Shown here piece after piece: positions 36,152-49,480 of a DNA stretch of 64,000 nucleotides; the first letter of the stretch is position 1; each line of letters starts with the position of its first letter. The DNA is taken from positions 20,805,579 through 20,869,578 of the forward strand of contig NC_068996.1 of NCBI RefSeq assembly GCF_001194135.2. Direction: 5' to 3'. The stretch comes from Octopus bimaculoides. Lineage: Eukaryota. A model generated the notes under the pieces. It ran no database searches. It was not told the DNA's origin and was given only the letters and a program-made list of their open reading frames with translations. Both the position numbers and the translations under genes were made by a program.

Positions 36152-39100
36152 CTAATAAAATACACAAAATAAGGATCAGAAAGTTCTCATTAGACTAATG
36201 ATTATAACATATCTAGTTGTTGATTTCATACTAGTTAGCTTCAGTTCAATCCATTTCTACCAGACCTGTGATCAAGGGCCTACTAGCCGTGGCCACCCCA
36301 CCTTTTCTTTTCAAGCACAGATTACTCACAACGTTATCCAATGTATCCTTCTTTTCTAAGACAATAGAGTATGAGTTATTGAAGGAGTATTGGCAGCTTT
36401 TCTAGCACAGTGAACAATTGTGTAGTGTCTCGTTGAAATTTGAAAGAGTAGTGAAAGCCATACAGCAAAAGGTACACTCCCATTCAGCTGAGATCATGCT
36501 GTTGTTTCAATTTTTACAATCTTTTTTAAAGGCATTTATTTCTACCCTTTCCAATCTAAAAGTTATGTAGTTCTTTTACACTTTTGTTTGAAGTTAAAAC
36601 CTTGTAACTACCATGTTTTAAGCACTATCACAGATACATGCCATGTACACTATTGCCTTATTTTCTCCAGATTCTGATTTTAAATACCCACAGAGCCACA
36701 ATCTATTCTTTTCATCCCCCCTCTCCCAACTACCATAACCAAGAAATATAAGGAATTGAGGCAAGCGAAATCGGAATCGTGATGGCACCGGTGCCCTGGC
36801 ACATGTAAGGACATTTGAGCGAGATCATTGCCAGTGCCGCTGGACTGGCTCCTGTGCAGGTGGCACGTAAGTAAAAGACACCACTTTGAGCGTGGCCATT
36901 GCCAGTACCGCCTGACTGGCCTTCGTGCCGGTGGTACGTAAAAGCACCCACTACACTCTTGGAGTGGTTGGTGTTAGGAAGGGCATCCAGCTGTAGAAAC
37001 TCTGCCAAATCAGATTGGAGCCTGGTGTAACCACCTGGTTCACCAGTCCTCAGTCAAATCGTCCAACCCATACTAGCATGGAAAGTGGACGTTAAACGAT
37101 GATGATGATGATGATGATAATAAGGGTTAATTCAATTCAACTACAAACCTCCTCCTCCTCATCATCGTTTAATGTCCAGCTTCCATACAGGCATGGGTTG
37201 GACAGGCCAGGTAGGAGTTTGCATCAGACTTCTGTTTTTGTTTTGGCAGGGTTTTTATGGCTGGAAACCCTTCCTAACACCAACCACCCAGCTAAATGGA
37301 CTGAGTGCTTTTTATGTGGCATCAGCACAGGCGAGGTCAGCTTTGGCAAGATTTTTACAGCTGGATGCTTTACCAAATGCCAACCATATTACAATGTGGA
37401 CTGGATACGTTTTATGTGGCATCAGCACACCCACTCCAGAATTTGGTTTTGTGTCAAGACATAAGGAATCAGGGATCTTTTCTGTTGATGACATTTTCCT
37501 ATTTTTTTAGAATTTTGTTCCAATTGTTTTCAAATTTGGTGTATCAATTTAGTTTTGTATGCTAATTATGAAAAGGAAATTGATAAATAAAAAGTTAATA
37601 GCTTTTAAAATTTGCAAATTTTGGGTAATTCTTTAGCCAATAGAAAGCCACAGACATATTAGTGCTTCTTCCTATAGTAACAAGGCAAGCAAATCTGTAG
37701 CTAGCTGTCTGAACCACCATCACCACCACATGTATATTCCTTTAGCCTATGTAATTTCTTTGATGATGAGTCAAACCCTCATCCTAATCCTGAACCCTAA
37801 ATCTAACCTTAAACCCTAATGTACAGTTTATTTTTTAATTTTGTAATTTTACACAAAAAAAATTTTGTTTTGAAATTATTTACATGTCTGTTCAACAGTT
37901 TTTACATGACTTTATTCATCAAAATTTATTAAAACATCTGACAACGTAAGTTGTCATAATGTTTTGCTTTCTTTTTGTTTGTAAAAACTTCATCATTGTA
38001 ATGTTTTTTGCTTTCATTTTGTGATAGACTGCTCTCATGCAGAAAATCCCAGCTTCCAAATCTTGTTTTCTGATCAAACTTTAAACTTTTGTAACATTCT
38101 TTCTTAATTTTTTTCTGCTACAGATGAATCAGAAAATCAGATTCAGCGTAAAAAATTATATCAATATACCAAATTTGGAAACTGTCACTTAATTTCGAAG
38201 TTTCAAAATGTGACAGCAACTGCAAAAATCTGAAATTAGTATTTTTCTTGAATTTAGTCTATTGGGAAAATAATTCCTTGAATAATCTAGTAGAAAGGCA
38301 GTGTGGTAAGAAGTTTGCTTCCCAACCATATGGTTCCAGAGTAAGTGTCTTCTACTATAGCCTTGGGCTGCCAAAGCCTTGTAAATGGATTTGGTAGTTG
38401 TAAAGTGAAAGAAGCTTGTCGTATATATACATATCCCCTCTCTCCCTCTCTCTCTCTCTCTCTCTCTTTGGGAGAAAGGCACAAGCACATACACAGACAT
38501 ATACACACACGGCAGTAACTTTTGCCTACCAAATTCAATCACAAAGCTTCGGTCGGCTCGGGGCTATAGCAGAAGACACTTGCCCAAGGTGCCATGCGGT
38601 GGGACTGAACCCGAAACCATGTAACTGGGAAGCAAGCTTCCTAACCACACAGCCATGCCCGTTCACCACTGCTTGACAACTGGTGTTGGTTTGTTTATGA
38701 CCCTGTAATTTAATGGTTCAGTAAAAAGGACTAATAGAATAAATATCAGGCCTAAGGAAGAAAAAAAAAGCTACTGAAGTTAATTCATTCAACTAAATCC
38801 CTTTAAGGTGGGGCCCCAGCATGGCCCCAATGACTGAAACAAGTAAAAGATAAAAGGTAACGAACATACATGCATACACACACACATACACACAATCTTG
38901 ACATATTCCTTGTGGAGCACTCAGTATGAATTCCCAGCTAGCTACCCATTAAGAATGATATTTGATCATGTGATTTCACAACATGGGTGCATATATGCAT
39001 AAAAAAAACAAGTATGAGGTTGAAATAAAAATTAATTAAACAAAGGAGTGGCTGTGTGGTAAGTAGCTTGCTTACCAACCGCATGGTTCCGGGTTCATTC

Positions 39101-40021
39101 CCACTGCGTGGCACCTTGGGCAAGTGTCTTCTACTATAGCTTCGGGCCGACCAAAGCCTTGTGAGTGGATTTGGTAGACGGAAACTGAAAGAAGCCTGTC
39201 GTATATATGTATATATATGTATGTGCGTGTATATGTTTGTGCGTCTGTGTTTGTTTCACCCCCCTCCCCCAACATCGCTTGACAACCGATGCTGGTGTGT
39301 TTACGTCCCCGTAAGTTAGCGGTTCGGCAAAAGAGACCGATAGAATAAGCACTAGGCTTCCAAAGAGTAAGTCCTGGGGTCGATTTGCTCGACTAAAGGC
39401 GGTGCTCCAGCATGGCCACAGTCAAATAACTGAAACAAGTAAAAGAGTAAAGTAGGTAAATTTGTCTTTTTCCTCTTTCCTTGTGTTCTCTCTCCCTCTC
39501 TTCATTTCCCTATTTATATTTAAATAAATCTCTGCTGGTTATAACAATGAGTGTTCAGCTATTTCATGAACAGCTGAATACTTATTGGAGTTAGTGTGTA
39601 AAACTCAGTGTTTCCCACCCTTAACATAATCTTTAGGTGGAAAGGTGGAATCAGTGTTACATAGTGTGTGGCAAGGTTGGACCTTTGAATTACAGATATA
39701 CTCCATCCAATGAGATTCCACATAGATTCCATCTATCCCAATGTCACTCACATGGATTGAACTGAGGTTATAGTAAAAGGCATTTTTTGAAAATGCCATC
39801 CTGTGGGATTGAACCAAAGACCTCCCAGTTAAAGAAACAACAACAGTAACAAGCTATAAAGTGTTAAGTGTCTGGCGTTGGGGTAGGAGGAACTGTCAAC
39901 CTGTTAGTGTGTTGTTTCATCCACCTCAGTCACTCAGCCAATTGTGACTCTATTCAAAAATAAATAAATAAATAAAAATGGTAACTGAATTTTATCTCTC
40001 AAAAGAACTGCTGGAACCTAC

Positions 40022-40166
40022 TTGAGCAGACTTCCCAAGACGGATAAGCTGTGTCACTGCTCTTCTTGCAGCTCTTGGACCACCTCGAAGAGACCGTTCT
40101 GGTGTCACTTGTAATTCACTCATTAATCCTTCTGTTAATTGTTTAATCCTATGATCAATGCGAGCT
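40022..40166 (-). CDS. EXOC8: EXOC8 exon
   Basis: CAG acceptor, GTAGGT donor. (K)ARIDHRIKQLTEGLMSELQVTPERSLRGGPRAARRAVTQLIRLGKSAQ versus human AKVEERVRQLTEVLVFELSPDRSLRGGPKATRRAVSQLIRLG. 145 nt. Confidence 0.97.
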
Positions 40167-40286
40167 CTGCAAGAAACAAAAGGCAGGATGTGTAAAAATT
40201 ACTTAGCAGAAAAAGAAAACAAAAAATTTTAAAGATAATTTCACATTATAAACATTTTTACTTTATTCTGAAATTCTTTTTTTATT

Positions 40287-40660
40287 AAACAGAAATACAT
40301 TTATTTCTCAAACGCGTGATAATGCTATAAATAGCGTGATCAGGATAAATTATCCATATAATGCAGAAAAATATGTTGCCGGCCAGCCAAAGCTATATTT
40401 ATAAGTTCTATAATTGCAGAACAATTCGTTGCTGGGCAGTTTAGTTTAATGGTAAAACACTTGACGCGTAATCACAAAGATGTGAGTTTGAGTCTCATGG
40501 CTGGCCAGTAACGTATTTTTCTGCATTATATGGATAATTCATTCTGATCACGCTATTTATAGCATTATCACGCGTTTGAGAGATAAATTTATTTCTGTTT
40601 CATACAATACATCTCAACACTTCTAAAAAAACAAACTTTGTTTGTTTACTTTCATTGTAA
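40287..40660. mobile_element. Fold-back element family E enclosing a tRNA-Thr-like cloverleaf (copy 1)
   Basis: 103-bp inverted arms 40287-40389 and 40498-40600; tRNA-like sequence 40434-40506. Confidence 0.8.
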
Positions 40661-42948
40661 AAGTCTTTTTTTATTGTTTTTATATTTGTATATGAATGTA
40701 ATATAACACACACACATACACACAGAGTTTTCTTTCCCTTGTTAGCACAAATAAAAAGTAAAAGTAAAATCAATTTATAACTTTAAATATAAAAAAAAAA
40801 AAACTCAGAAACCATAATCCCTCATCTCCCTAAATGTAAAGCCCCTACCACCACTTAGAATTTTGTAATCTTGCAAACTGCACAGCAACCTTATTTGTAG
40901 TGATAGCATGAAAAAGCATCCAGTACATTCTGTAAAGTGGATGATATTAGGAATGGTATCCAGCTGTAGAAACCATGCCAAATTAGACACTGGAGCATGA
41001 TGCGGTCATTGGGTCCATTGGATCCTGTCAAACTGTCCAGCTCTTGCCAGGATGGAACATGGATGTTAAATGATGAGGATGTCAGATATCATGAAGCAAA
41101 AAAAAAAAAAATTCCACAACTATAAACTGAGCTAACACTTGATCAATTATTGCCTTGAATGTGATTATAATTTTCCTGCATAATTAACATTCAATTAATC
41201 TAATTTTGAAAGATCATGATATTTTTTTTTTTTTTAATCTTTACTTCTTAACATTTTGATTTAACCCTTTTGTCACCCTGTTCCTGCTGAAATACACAGT
41301 TTTTGCTTCAATAAATTTTGAAAATAATAAAGAATTTATTAAAAGTTACTTTACCATTAATTAAGTTGTGTTTGGGACATAAAATAACATTTTGATGAAA
41401 GGTTTTAATTTAGTCACTGCTGCCACCACAACCATCATCATCATCATCAGGTGTCTTATTCTAAATAACAATTAAGAGAAGGGGTAATTTGGTACTAGGG
41501 TGTTAGAGGGATGGAAAGTAACTTTGTGTATGGATAAGCCTTCAGTCTATAATAAGTAAGATTTCCACAATGTGATATCCATTGATAGCTAAGTGAACTG
41601 ATGTAATGTAAAATAGTGTATACTGCTGGAGAAATAAAACATTGGAAATGAGAGAGAAATCTCCATTTGAACATCATACCATTCTACCAAAAGTAACATT
41701 CCCACAGGATGTGATTCTTATTTGTGCCAACAAGCTAGGATAACAAAGCATACTTGGGTTATAACAACAGCTATTGTAGTTTGGGGAGGCCCTGAATCAT
41801 AGGATCACCACTGGAAAGTTTAGGTTAGAAAAGAAAACATCTTTTCTCAAATTAAATTCACTGAAGGAAGTGAACCCAGCATCTATAGTAAAATGGCACC
41901 TAATTACAAGTAGGTGGACTGTATCCTTTTATCATTGAATCAGTAACTATGAATGACATGACATGGTGATACATTATAAACTATTTCTCCACCCACGATG
42001 TAGTCAACAAGGCTTTCTCCATTTTCCTCGTTCTTTTCCTGTCTTGTAAGTTATTTGACAACCTCACTCATGTTGATGGCATGGAAAAAAAAGCACCCAG
42101 CACACACTGTAAAGTGGTTGGTATTAGGAAAAGAATCCAACTGTAGAAACTATGCCAAAGCTGTCATTAGAGTCTGATGTGGATTCTGTTATACTGGTCG
42201 ACCTATGCCAGCATGGCAAATGGACATTAAATGATGATGACTGCTCACCTGGTTGTTAGTGTTTTTTCTTTTTAGATTCAGGTCAAATGCAATTACTCAG
42301 ACTTTCTACTTATGACTGTTCCATCTTACATAATACATCATCAAGGATTACTGCATCCAAACTGTACTTCACTTTTAAAGGCAGTAGAATGTCATTAGAA
42401 ATAGATTTAGCTGCTATTTCTAGCAAATCAAATGACCATTTTTGTTCTCAAATGGTTATCTACTTCTCTATTGTCTTTCATTGACATCCTTAATTACATT
42501 TTAATTGGAAAATAAATCAACTCTTCTACTGGCTGAAATATGATGATAGTGATGATAGTGATAGTAGTGGTGGAGATGGTAATGATGGTGATGTTATTGA
42601 TAAATTTAACGATAGCAATAAAGATGAAGAGACGACAGGTGGATAAAGTCACCTCTAAGAAGATTTAGTCCATCATTTAAATGTGGCGTGGACTTTCTTT
42701 GGGCTGGTTCTGGCAGCTGTACTGGAAACTTGTACTGGAAAGATGTGTGATGAATTTGATGGAAACAGAGTTATTATAGGGACATACATTTCTTCTAAAC
42801 TATTATTATTACTTTCATTTCTCAAGATGCTGGATCTCACAGAAGCAAAAGAAAATATAATATGCAGTATTGTTAGAATATGAAGATGACAAAGTCAAAA
42901 CCACAATGTTTCTACCAATAAAAAAATATAATGCTCAATTCTAATTAC

Positions 42949-43000
42949 TTGAATTCTTTTACTTCAGGTGTTCTTGGACAATCTTTCAAGAATTCATTGA
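42949..43000 (-). CDS. EXOC8: EXOC8 short exon (52 nt)
   Basis: Long poly-T tract plus CAG acceptor, GTAATT donor. (V)NEFLKDCPRTPEVKEF(K) versus human LNHYLEDKPSPPPVKELR. Phases 1 and 2 fit both neighbours. Confidence 0.88.
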
Positions 43001-43899
43001 CTGCAAAAGAAAAAAAAAAAAAAAAAACCCATTTAAATTGAGAATTAAAAAAAAAAATTAATATTAATAGAAATTAACATTTAGCAAATTGAAAATTTGG
43101 CCAGTAATTCTTAAGCTTAATTTCCAAATGTAAGTTAGAGCATCTGGTGTCACTGTTCCATTCTAGCACTCAGTAGAACTCTTGGGAAAAATAAATAAAG
43201 TTTCAGTAGAAGAGATCACATTCTAAATATTCTTGTTCTTTCTCTCTCTCTTCCACACATACACATACATACATACATGTATGTGTGAGTGTTTGTGTGT
43301 TTGTGTTATGACACCACATAAAGGTTGTAAATTAGCATCATCATCATCATCATCATCATCATACAAGTGAATCTGGTCAATTCTAGTCTTCCATGAAAAA
43401 GACATCTGGCCATAGAGAAATATTACCATGCTTGGAAAGAGGTGAGGGTTGGCAACAGGAAAAGTGTCTGGCCATAGAAAATCTGCTTCAACAAATTCCA
43501 TCTGTTCCTTGCAGGCAAGGAACAGTGGAAAATAACTGATGATGACTACGACGATGATGATGATGATATATAATATTAAAAATACTGAAATTTTAGACAA
43601 AGAGAGACAAATACAAATATAAAGGTACATAAATTGTAAATTATAGGGTCTTATTAGTGTGGTGTTTAGATAAGATCATAAAAAGATATGTAAAAATTAG
43701 TGCCTTGAAGAAGCAGCACTTAGCTGCTACTTCACCAGACAAATGACAGATAAATCATTGACTTGACAAAGTGCCAGACAATTGCAGGTAACTTTCTTAC
43801 ATGATTCCTTAGTCCAATAGTTTATTTACTTGGCCAGTGTGTTTCTGTTGTCTGTAGCTGCTATGGTAGTCATCTATATATATATATAGATACACACAT

Positions 43900-43950
<51 letters not shown>

Positions 43951-44753
43951 AAGACTAGATCCAAAGAATTGAGTGGAATGCACTGTAAGCATTCCAAGAA
44001 CTCGCTAACAGGTCATATAGTTAATTAAATTCCACCATAATTTAACTGCATCATGCACTAATATTTCCTTTGTGGCATATATAAGGAAATAAAGGAAGAA
44101 GAGGCAACAGGTCAGTTACCTCTTCTTGATTAACATACATACATCTGACCCTGTACCTTGAGGTGTGCCCTTTCACTTTGCCACTACTTACCACCCTCTT
44201 GCTCTTCTCTAGCATCCCATTTATATTCTGATCCCCATTCCTTGTGAGCATGCTCTGGCACTTCACCAACATCTCTCTCCTGCATTTTTCCATTCTCTCT
44301 CTCCCTCTGACTGGTTAACCATGTATCTCCTCTACAACAGACCTGTTCTTGGCCTCAATTTTGATCACTGTCTCTCTCTCTCTCTGACCAGGTTACCATG
44401 TTCCTCCTCTACAGCATGACAGTTTTCTGCCTAACCAGTTCCTTCAAACCATCCAAATCATGCCAGCATAGAAAACGGACATTAAATAATGATATATATA
44501 TATCGGCAGGAGCTATTCGGATAGAATGGGGCATGCCAACGCTAGGCCGAAACAGCTGTAAGTTTCTGTTTATTCTCAAATTCCTAATGTACTGTTTATT
44601 TGTAACCTTGATTGTTAATATAACATGGTATGTCATAAGCATTTGTATGTTGTCATTTTTGTCATTTTAGTTACAAAATAAGTTAATTAACTCAACAGAA
44701 CACACTGTCTGCAAGTCGATGAGTACCGCATATTCTCCTCCATTTTCTAATTG

Positions 44754-44788
<35 letters not shown>

Positions 44789-45531
44789 GTGTGTGCACAT
44801 GCGTGTAGGTGTGTGACTTAGTAGTGTTGCAATCATGATTGTAAGATTGTAGTTTTGATCCCTGGACTAGGCGATGTGTTGTGTTTGCAAGCAAAACACT
44901 TCAACTTCATGTTGCTCTCATCCAATCAACTGGCAAAAATGTGCAATCCTGTGGTAGACTGGTGTCCTATCCAGTGGGGGAATATATACACCACAGAATC
45001 TGAGAAACCTATGGCCTGGGAAGGACCTTTGATCAATTTGATATATGTATCTGTGAATATATATATATATATATATACATACACACACACACACACACAC
45101 ATACATACATAGTGCTAATTAACAAACTTCTATGTAATCACTTCACCAGCATGATATAGCAACAAAATTAACTTCCTACTATTGATTAAAACAAAAAAAA
45201 AACAAAAAAAACTAGGATCCACAGAAGCTGTTTACTTTGTTTAATATGCTTAATGTAGCAGCCAACTTCCTATCAACGATGTTGCTTCTGGAACCATTCA
45301 AACCAACGAAAGATCTTCAGGTATACATTTAATTTAATTAATGAACTTTCTCATCGCCTGTAAAAGGAATACCATGTTTGAAGAACAGGCATTTTAGGGG
45401 TAATATACAATAAAGATAGCAACACTATGGTTATTCACACACACACACACACATTTATGGTTTGTTGCACTGAAATGTTTTTTTTTTTAATGTAAAAACT
45501 GTAAAATAAGCAATTTTTCGATTTTTTTTAC

Positions 45532-45681
45532 CTCTCTCTACCAAATCAACAGCTCCTTCAAAATCTCTTTGAGCAATACACATATCTGAATCTTCAGGAA
45601 GTTCTTGGAGCCAGTCAGTATTGAAAACACTGTTTTCAATAGCATTTTGTTGCTGGAGAACACCAGAATTTTCTTCAAAAG
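45532..45681 (-). CDS. EXOC8: EXOC8 exon (start of Exo84 C-terminal helical domain)
   Basis: CAG acceptor, GTAAAA donor. (P)FEENSGVLQQQNAIENSVFNTDWLQELPEDSDMCIAQRDFEGAVDLVER versus human EWIQELPEDLDVCIAQRDFEGAVDLLDK. 150 nt. Confidence 0.97.
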
Positions 45682-48597
45682 CTGAAAAATGGAAGTAACA
45701 CATTTACATGAATATATAAAATTTGAATACAACATTATTTCATTAAAGCAAGGAAACATTTCCCACCAAAGAAATTTGCTGTTTTTGTCTTTTATTTTGG
45801 AATACTGTCGCTAATTACCAATAATAACGACAATTCTTATAACTGGTGCTTTATTTTATTGTGAGGATGAAAGGTAAAGTTTATCTCAGTTGTCCTATCA
45901 AGACCACCAAATCACTGTCCAATAGCAGCAACAACAATAATGATAATTAATATTATTATTATTAGTATTGTGTCACAAAATACTGGGTTTTGGATCTGTT
46001 TCTTTAGAATTCCTAGCAGCAATATCTCTATAACTTGTCTAAGTTATTATCTTTTACTTGTTTCAGTCATTTGACTGTGGCCATGCTGGGGCACTGCCTT
46101 CATGGATTTATATTCGAATGATTCAACTCCAGTAGTCACTTTTTTATTTAAAGCCTGGTACTTATTCTATCAGTCTCTTTTACCGAATTGCCTAGTTATA
46201 AGGATGTGAACATACCAACAGCAGTTGTCAAGTGGTGATGGACACATACTCACATATGATGGGCTTCTTTCAGTTTCTGTCTGCCATGCAGTAAGACTGA
46301 ACCTAGAACCACATGGTTGGGAAGTAAACTCCTTACCACACTGCCACATCTGTGCCTATTCTTTAAGAACATTTAATATGCATTACTTTCCTTTAGTTTG
46401 ATGTCTCTTCATTCACCATCTTTTCTTTTCCAGTGAAGGTAGTTATGTGTCTTCTCTACTGCAAGACACCTGTACCTGTCGCTATCATACTTTAACCTCC
46501 CATTACCTGGCATAAAGCCACTTCCCTCAATATTACACACCACACAGTTGAAGGGTCTTGTCTTGCAAGTTACTTGGTAACCTAACTAGTGCAATTGCCA
46601 TGTAAGGAAACATCCAACAAAATGATTGGCGAATGGAAGAGCACTCAACTGTGGAAATTACACCAAAGCCAAAAACTGAATTTGGCACATTTCTCTGGCT
46701 CACCACCTCTTCTCACACCATCCAACCCATGCCAGCATGGAAAACTGACATTAAACAGTGATAATGATGATGAGAGCATGTGTAAGTGTGTTGAGTTTTT
46801 ATATAGAGTGGACTGCCAAGTAAGTATAAGAACAATAATAAAAAAAAAAAGTTTTTTTTTTTTTTACTAGAGTAAAACATTGTGCATGAGAGATGTTGAC
46901 TGAAGTGACAAACAATTTAGAATTAACTTAGCATAAACCAATAAACAATGTAAACATGGTGATTGGCAGTCATTAAAGACAAACTGAACATTCCACTTGA
47001 TCAATATAACATTTTTATTGATATGAATTATACAACTGATGTAAGTATGATTCCAGAAATTCATATTTCATTTGAGGCACCATTGGAGGGTTCATCTTCA
47101 TACAATATTAGAAGACATGAATCAGGTAAAGTTACCTGACTGGATGGAATTCAACTGAGTACTTTAACTCTTTAGCATTTAAACTGGCCATATCTGGTCC
47201 AAATATTCTACCTGTTTTATGTTCAAACTGGCCTGATTTAGCTTCTCACACTGATCCTGCAATGTCATTCTAAAAACAAACAATCACATCATCAAAATCT
47301 CAAAGCTATGAGATAAATAATAATTGATATTATAAAATGTGAATAAATAAGCATTACATTTGATAGTAATCTGAATGCAAACAAGCTAACACACTATATC
47401 TATTTACTGTGAACTGGGTTGAACAGTGAGTCGAGGCACAACATAACGTCTGTTTACTGCATGATGTACCAGACAGATCCAAAACATCTACAGTTAGCAG
47501 TAGATGTAGCTGTCAGTATCCATTTACATGCAGATGGACTCTTTTACTCTTTTATTTGTTTCAGTCATTTGACTGCAGCCATGCTGGAGCACTGCCTTTA
47601 GTCGAACAAATCAACCCTAGGACCCATTTCTTTGTAAGCCTAGTACTTATTCTATCGGTGTCTTTTGTCAAACCATTATGTTGCAGGGATGTAAACACAC
47701 CAGCGTCAGTTGTTAAGCAATAGTGTGTGTGTGTGTGTGTGTGGGGGGACACACACACACACACACACAGACAGACAGACAGACACACACACACACACAC
47801 GACGGGCTTCTTTCAGTTTCCGTCTGCCAAATTCACTCACAAGGCTTTGGTCGATCTGAGGCTATAGTAGAAGACACTTGCCCAAGGTGCCACACAGTGG
47901 GACTGAACCTGGAACCATGTGGTTGGTAAGCAAGCTACTTACCACACAGCCACTCCTGTGACTACTGTGTATGAAGATGAACTGTTTTGACTCTTTAGCA
48001 TTCATATTGTTCTACCAAATGTAATGCTTATTTATTCACATTGTTTAGAATTAATCATGTATTCTATCTTGAAGCTTTGAGATTTCAATAATGTGATTGT
48101 TCATTTTTTAGAAAGACATTATAGGGTAGGTATGAGAGGCCAGATCTGGTTGGTTTGAACATAAAACAGGTTATGTTTGGTTTATATGCTAAAAGGTTAA
48201 CTTGTTGGACATTTAGTTATGTATCTCTACCGAAAATACAATGCAATTTGGAAAAAATTCCATTAAATGATGGTCACACCTGGAATCTCTTTGATCATAG
48301 TTCTTATTGTTTAAGTAGACCTATGCTTAAACATCACCGCCAACATAAGCCGATGATAGACCCACTATATATATGATTACTTAACTGACTAAAAATAGCA
48401 GCCAAATCTCCTTTGAATTACATCCTATCACATTAGAAGAAGTACATGTGATATAAATGTAGTTTAAAGTCAATCAGGGCCATCATGGTTGAAACAGTTT
48501 TGATCGTGGATTTGTTGACTTGTGACATTCATTGCAAAATGTCCAAGAGAAAGTTCCAGCATGAAAAAGAAATTAGTCAATAAGAGTCAATATTTAC

Positions 48598-48736
48598 GAT
48601 TCGACGGTTCACTTGATACTGATGTATGAGCAACAGTAGCTTGTTGTTCTGCTAAACGCATGGCTGCTTCCTTTTTCTGTTTGTCTCGAGCAGCTTTCTT
48701 CTTTTTTGAATCTTCAAGAATATCTAGCCATTGGCG
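48598..48736 (-). CDS. EXOC8: EXOC8 exon
   Basis: TAG acceptor, GTAAAT donor. RQWLDILEDSKKKKAARDKQKKEAAMRLAEQQATVAHTSVSSEPSN+C versus human REWLEVLEDTKRALSEKRRREQ. 139 nt; the trailing C joins CT to give P of NPF. Confidence 0.93.
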
Positions 48737-49187
48737 CTAAATAAAAATGAATAAAGTAATTAATTGATTTTAAAATGTTACCTGGAAATTTTCTAAATCT
48801 TTTTTTTTGATCTTGATTCTTCACAACAAGCAATTAAAAAAAAAATCACTAGAGTTCATTTAAACCTTTGCCTGTTCAAAGCATTCTCATAAGTTTGTCC
48901 TAAATGTCCACACTTGTTTTCTAACTTTTAGTTAGCTCTTGTAATAAAAAACGTAACTTTTATAGATCCCAAAATATTCTGGTGGCTAAAAATATTGGTA
49001 ATGTGCATCATACATGAAGCATGGATGTCAGAAAATATGTTGTGTGTATCTCATATGATACACATGACAGGCAAAGAGTTAAGAAACCAATGTGATTCAA
49101 TGGAAAATTTATGGGAACATACAAAGACCAAACAAAGTTGGTAAGGACTGTAAAAATATTATAATTATGGTTATTTTTGATACTTAC

Positions 49188-49341
49188 TTTTGATTTTGCA
49201 CTGTCTGTCTGATAAATTCGGGAGTCAGGAAACATGAGAATCTTAAAGGCATTCTTCACTGTGTCAACATCACGCACATTAACAACAGCCAAACTATCAA
49301 GTTCATATAAACCTTGGAATCGGAAACGAACTGGACCACGA
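49188..49341 (-). CDS. EXOC8: EXOC8 exon
   Basis: CAG acceptor, GTAAGT donor. T+RGPVRFRFQGLYELDSLAVVNVRDVDTVKNAFKILMFPDSRIYQTDSAKSK versus human LAVVNVKDNPPMKDMFKLLMFPESRIFQAENAKIK. 154 nt. Confidence 0.96.
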
Positions 49342-49418
49342 CTGAAATGAATGAGAGAAATTGATAATACATATCTGTGTATCTATATATGATTATAACT
49401 GTTGCTCTGTATGCGTGC

Positions 49419-49480
<62 letters not shown>

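Noticed and set aside
37775-37820. Degenerate CCCTAA-like run (interstitial telomere?)
   Set aside because: Few, imperfect units; more likely part of a small DNA element
40434-40506. Functional tRNA gene calls (also 62551-62623, the 7678 head and the family D heads)
   Set aside because: Embedded in repeats, with acceptor or anticodon mismatches that differ between copies; treated as tRNA-derived mobile sequence
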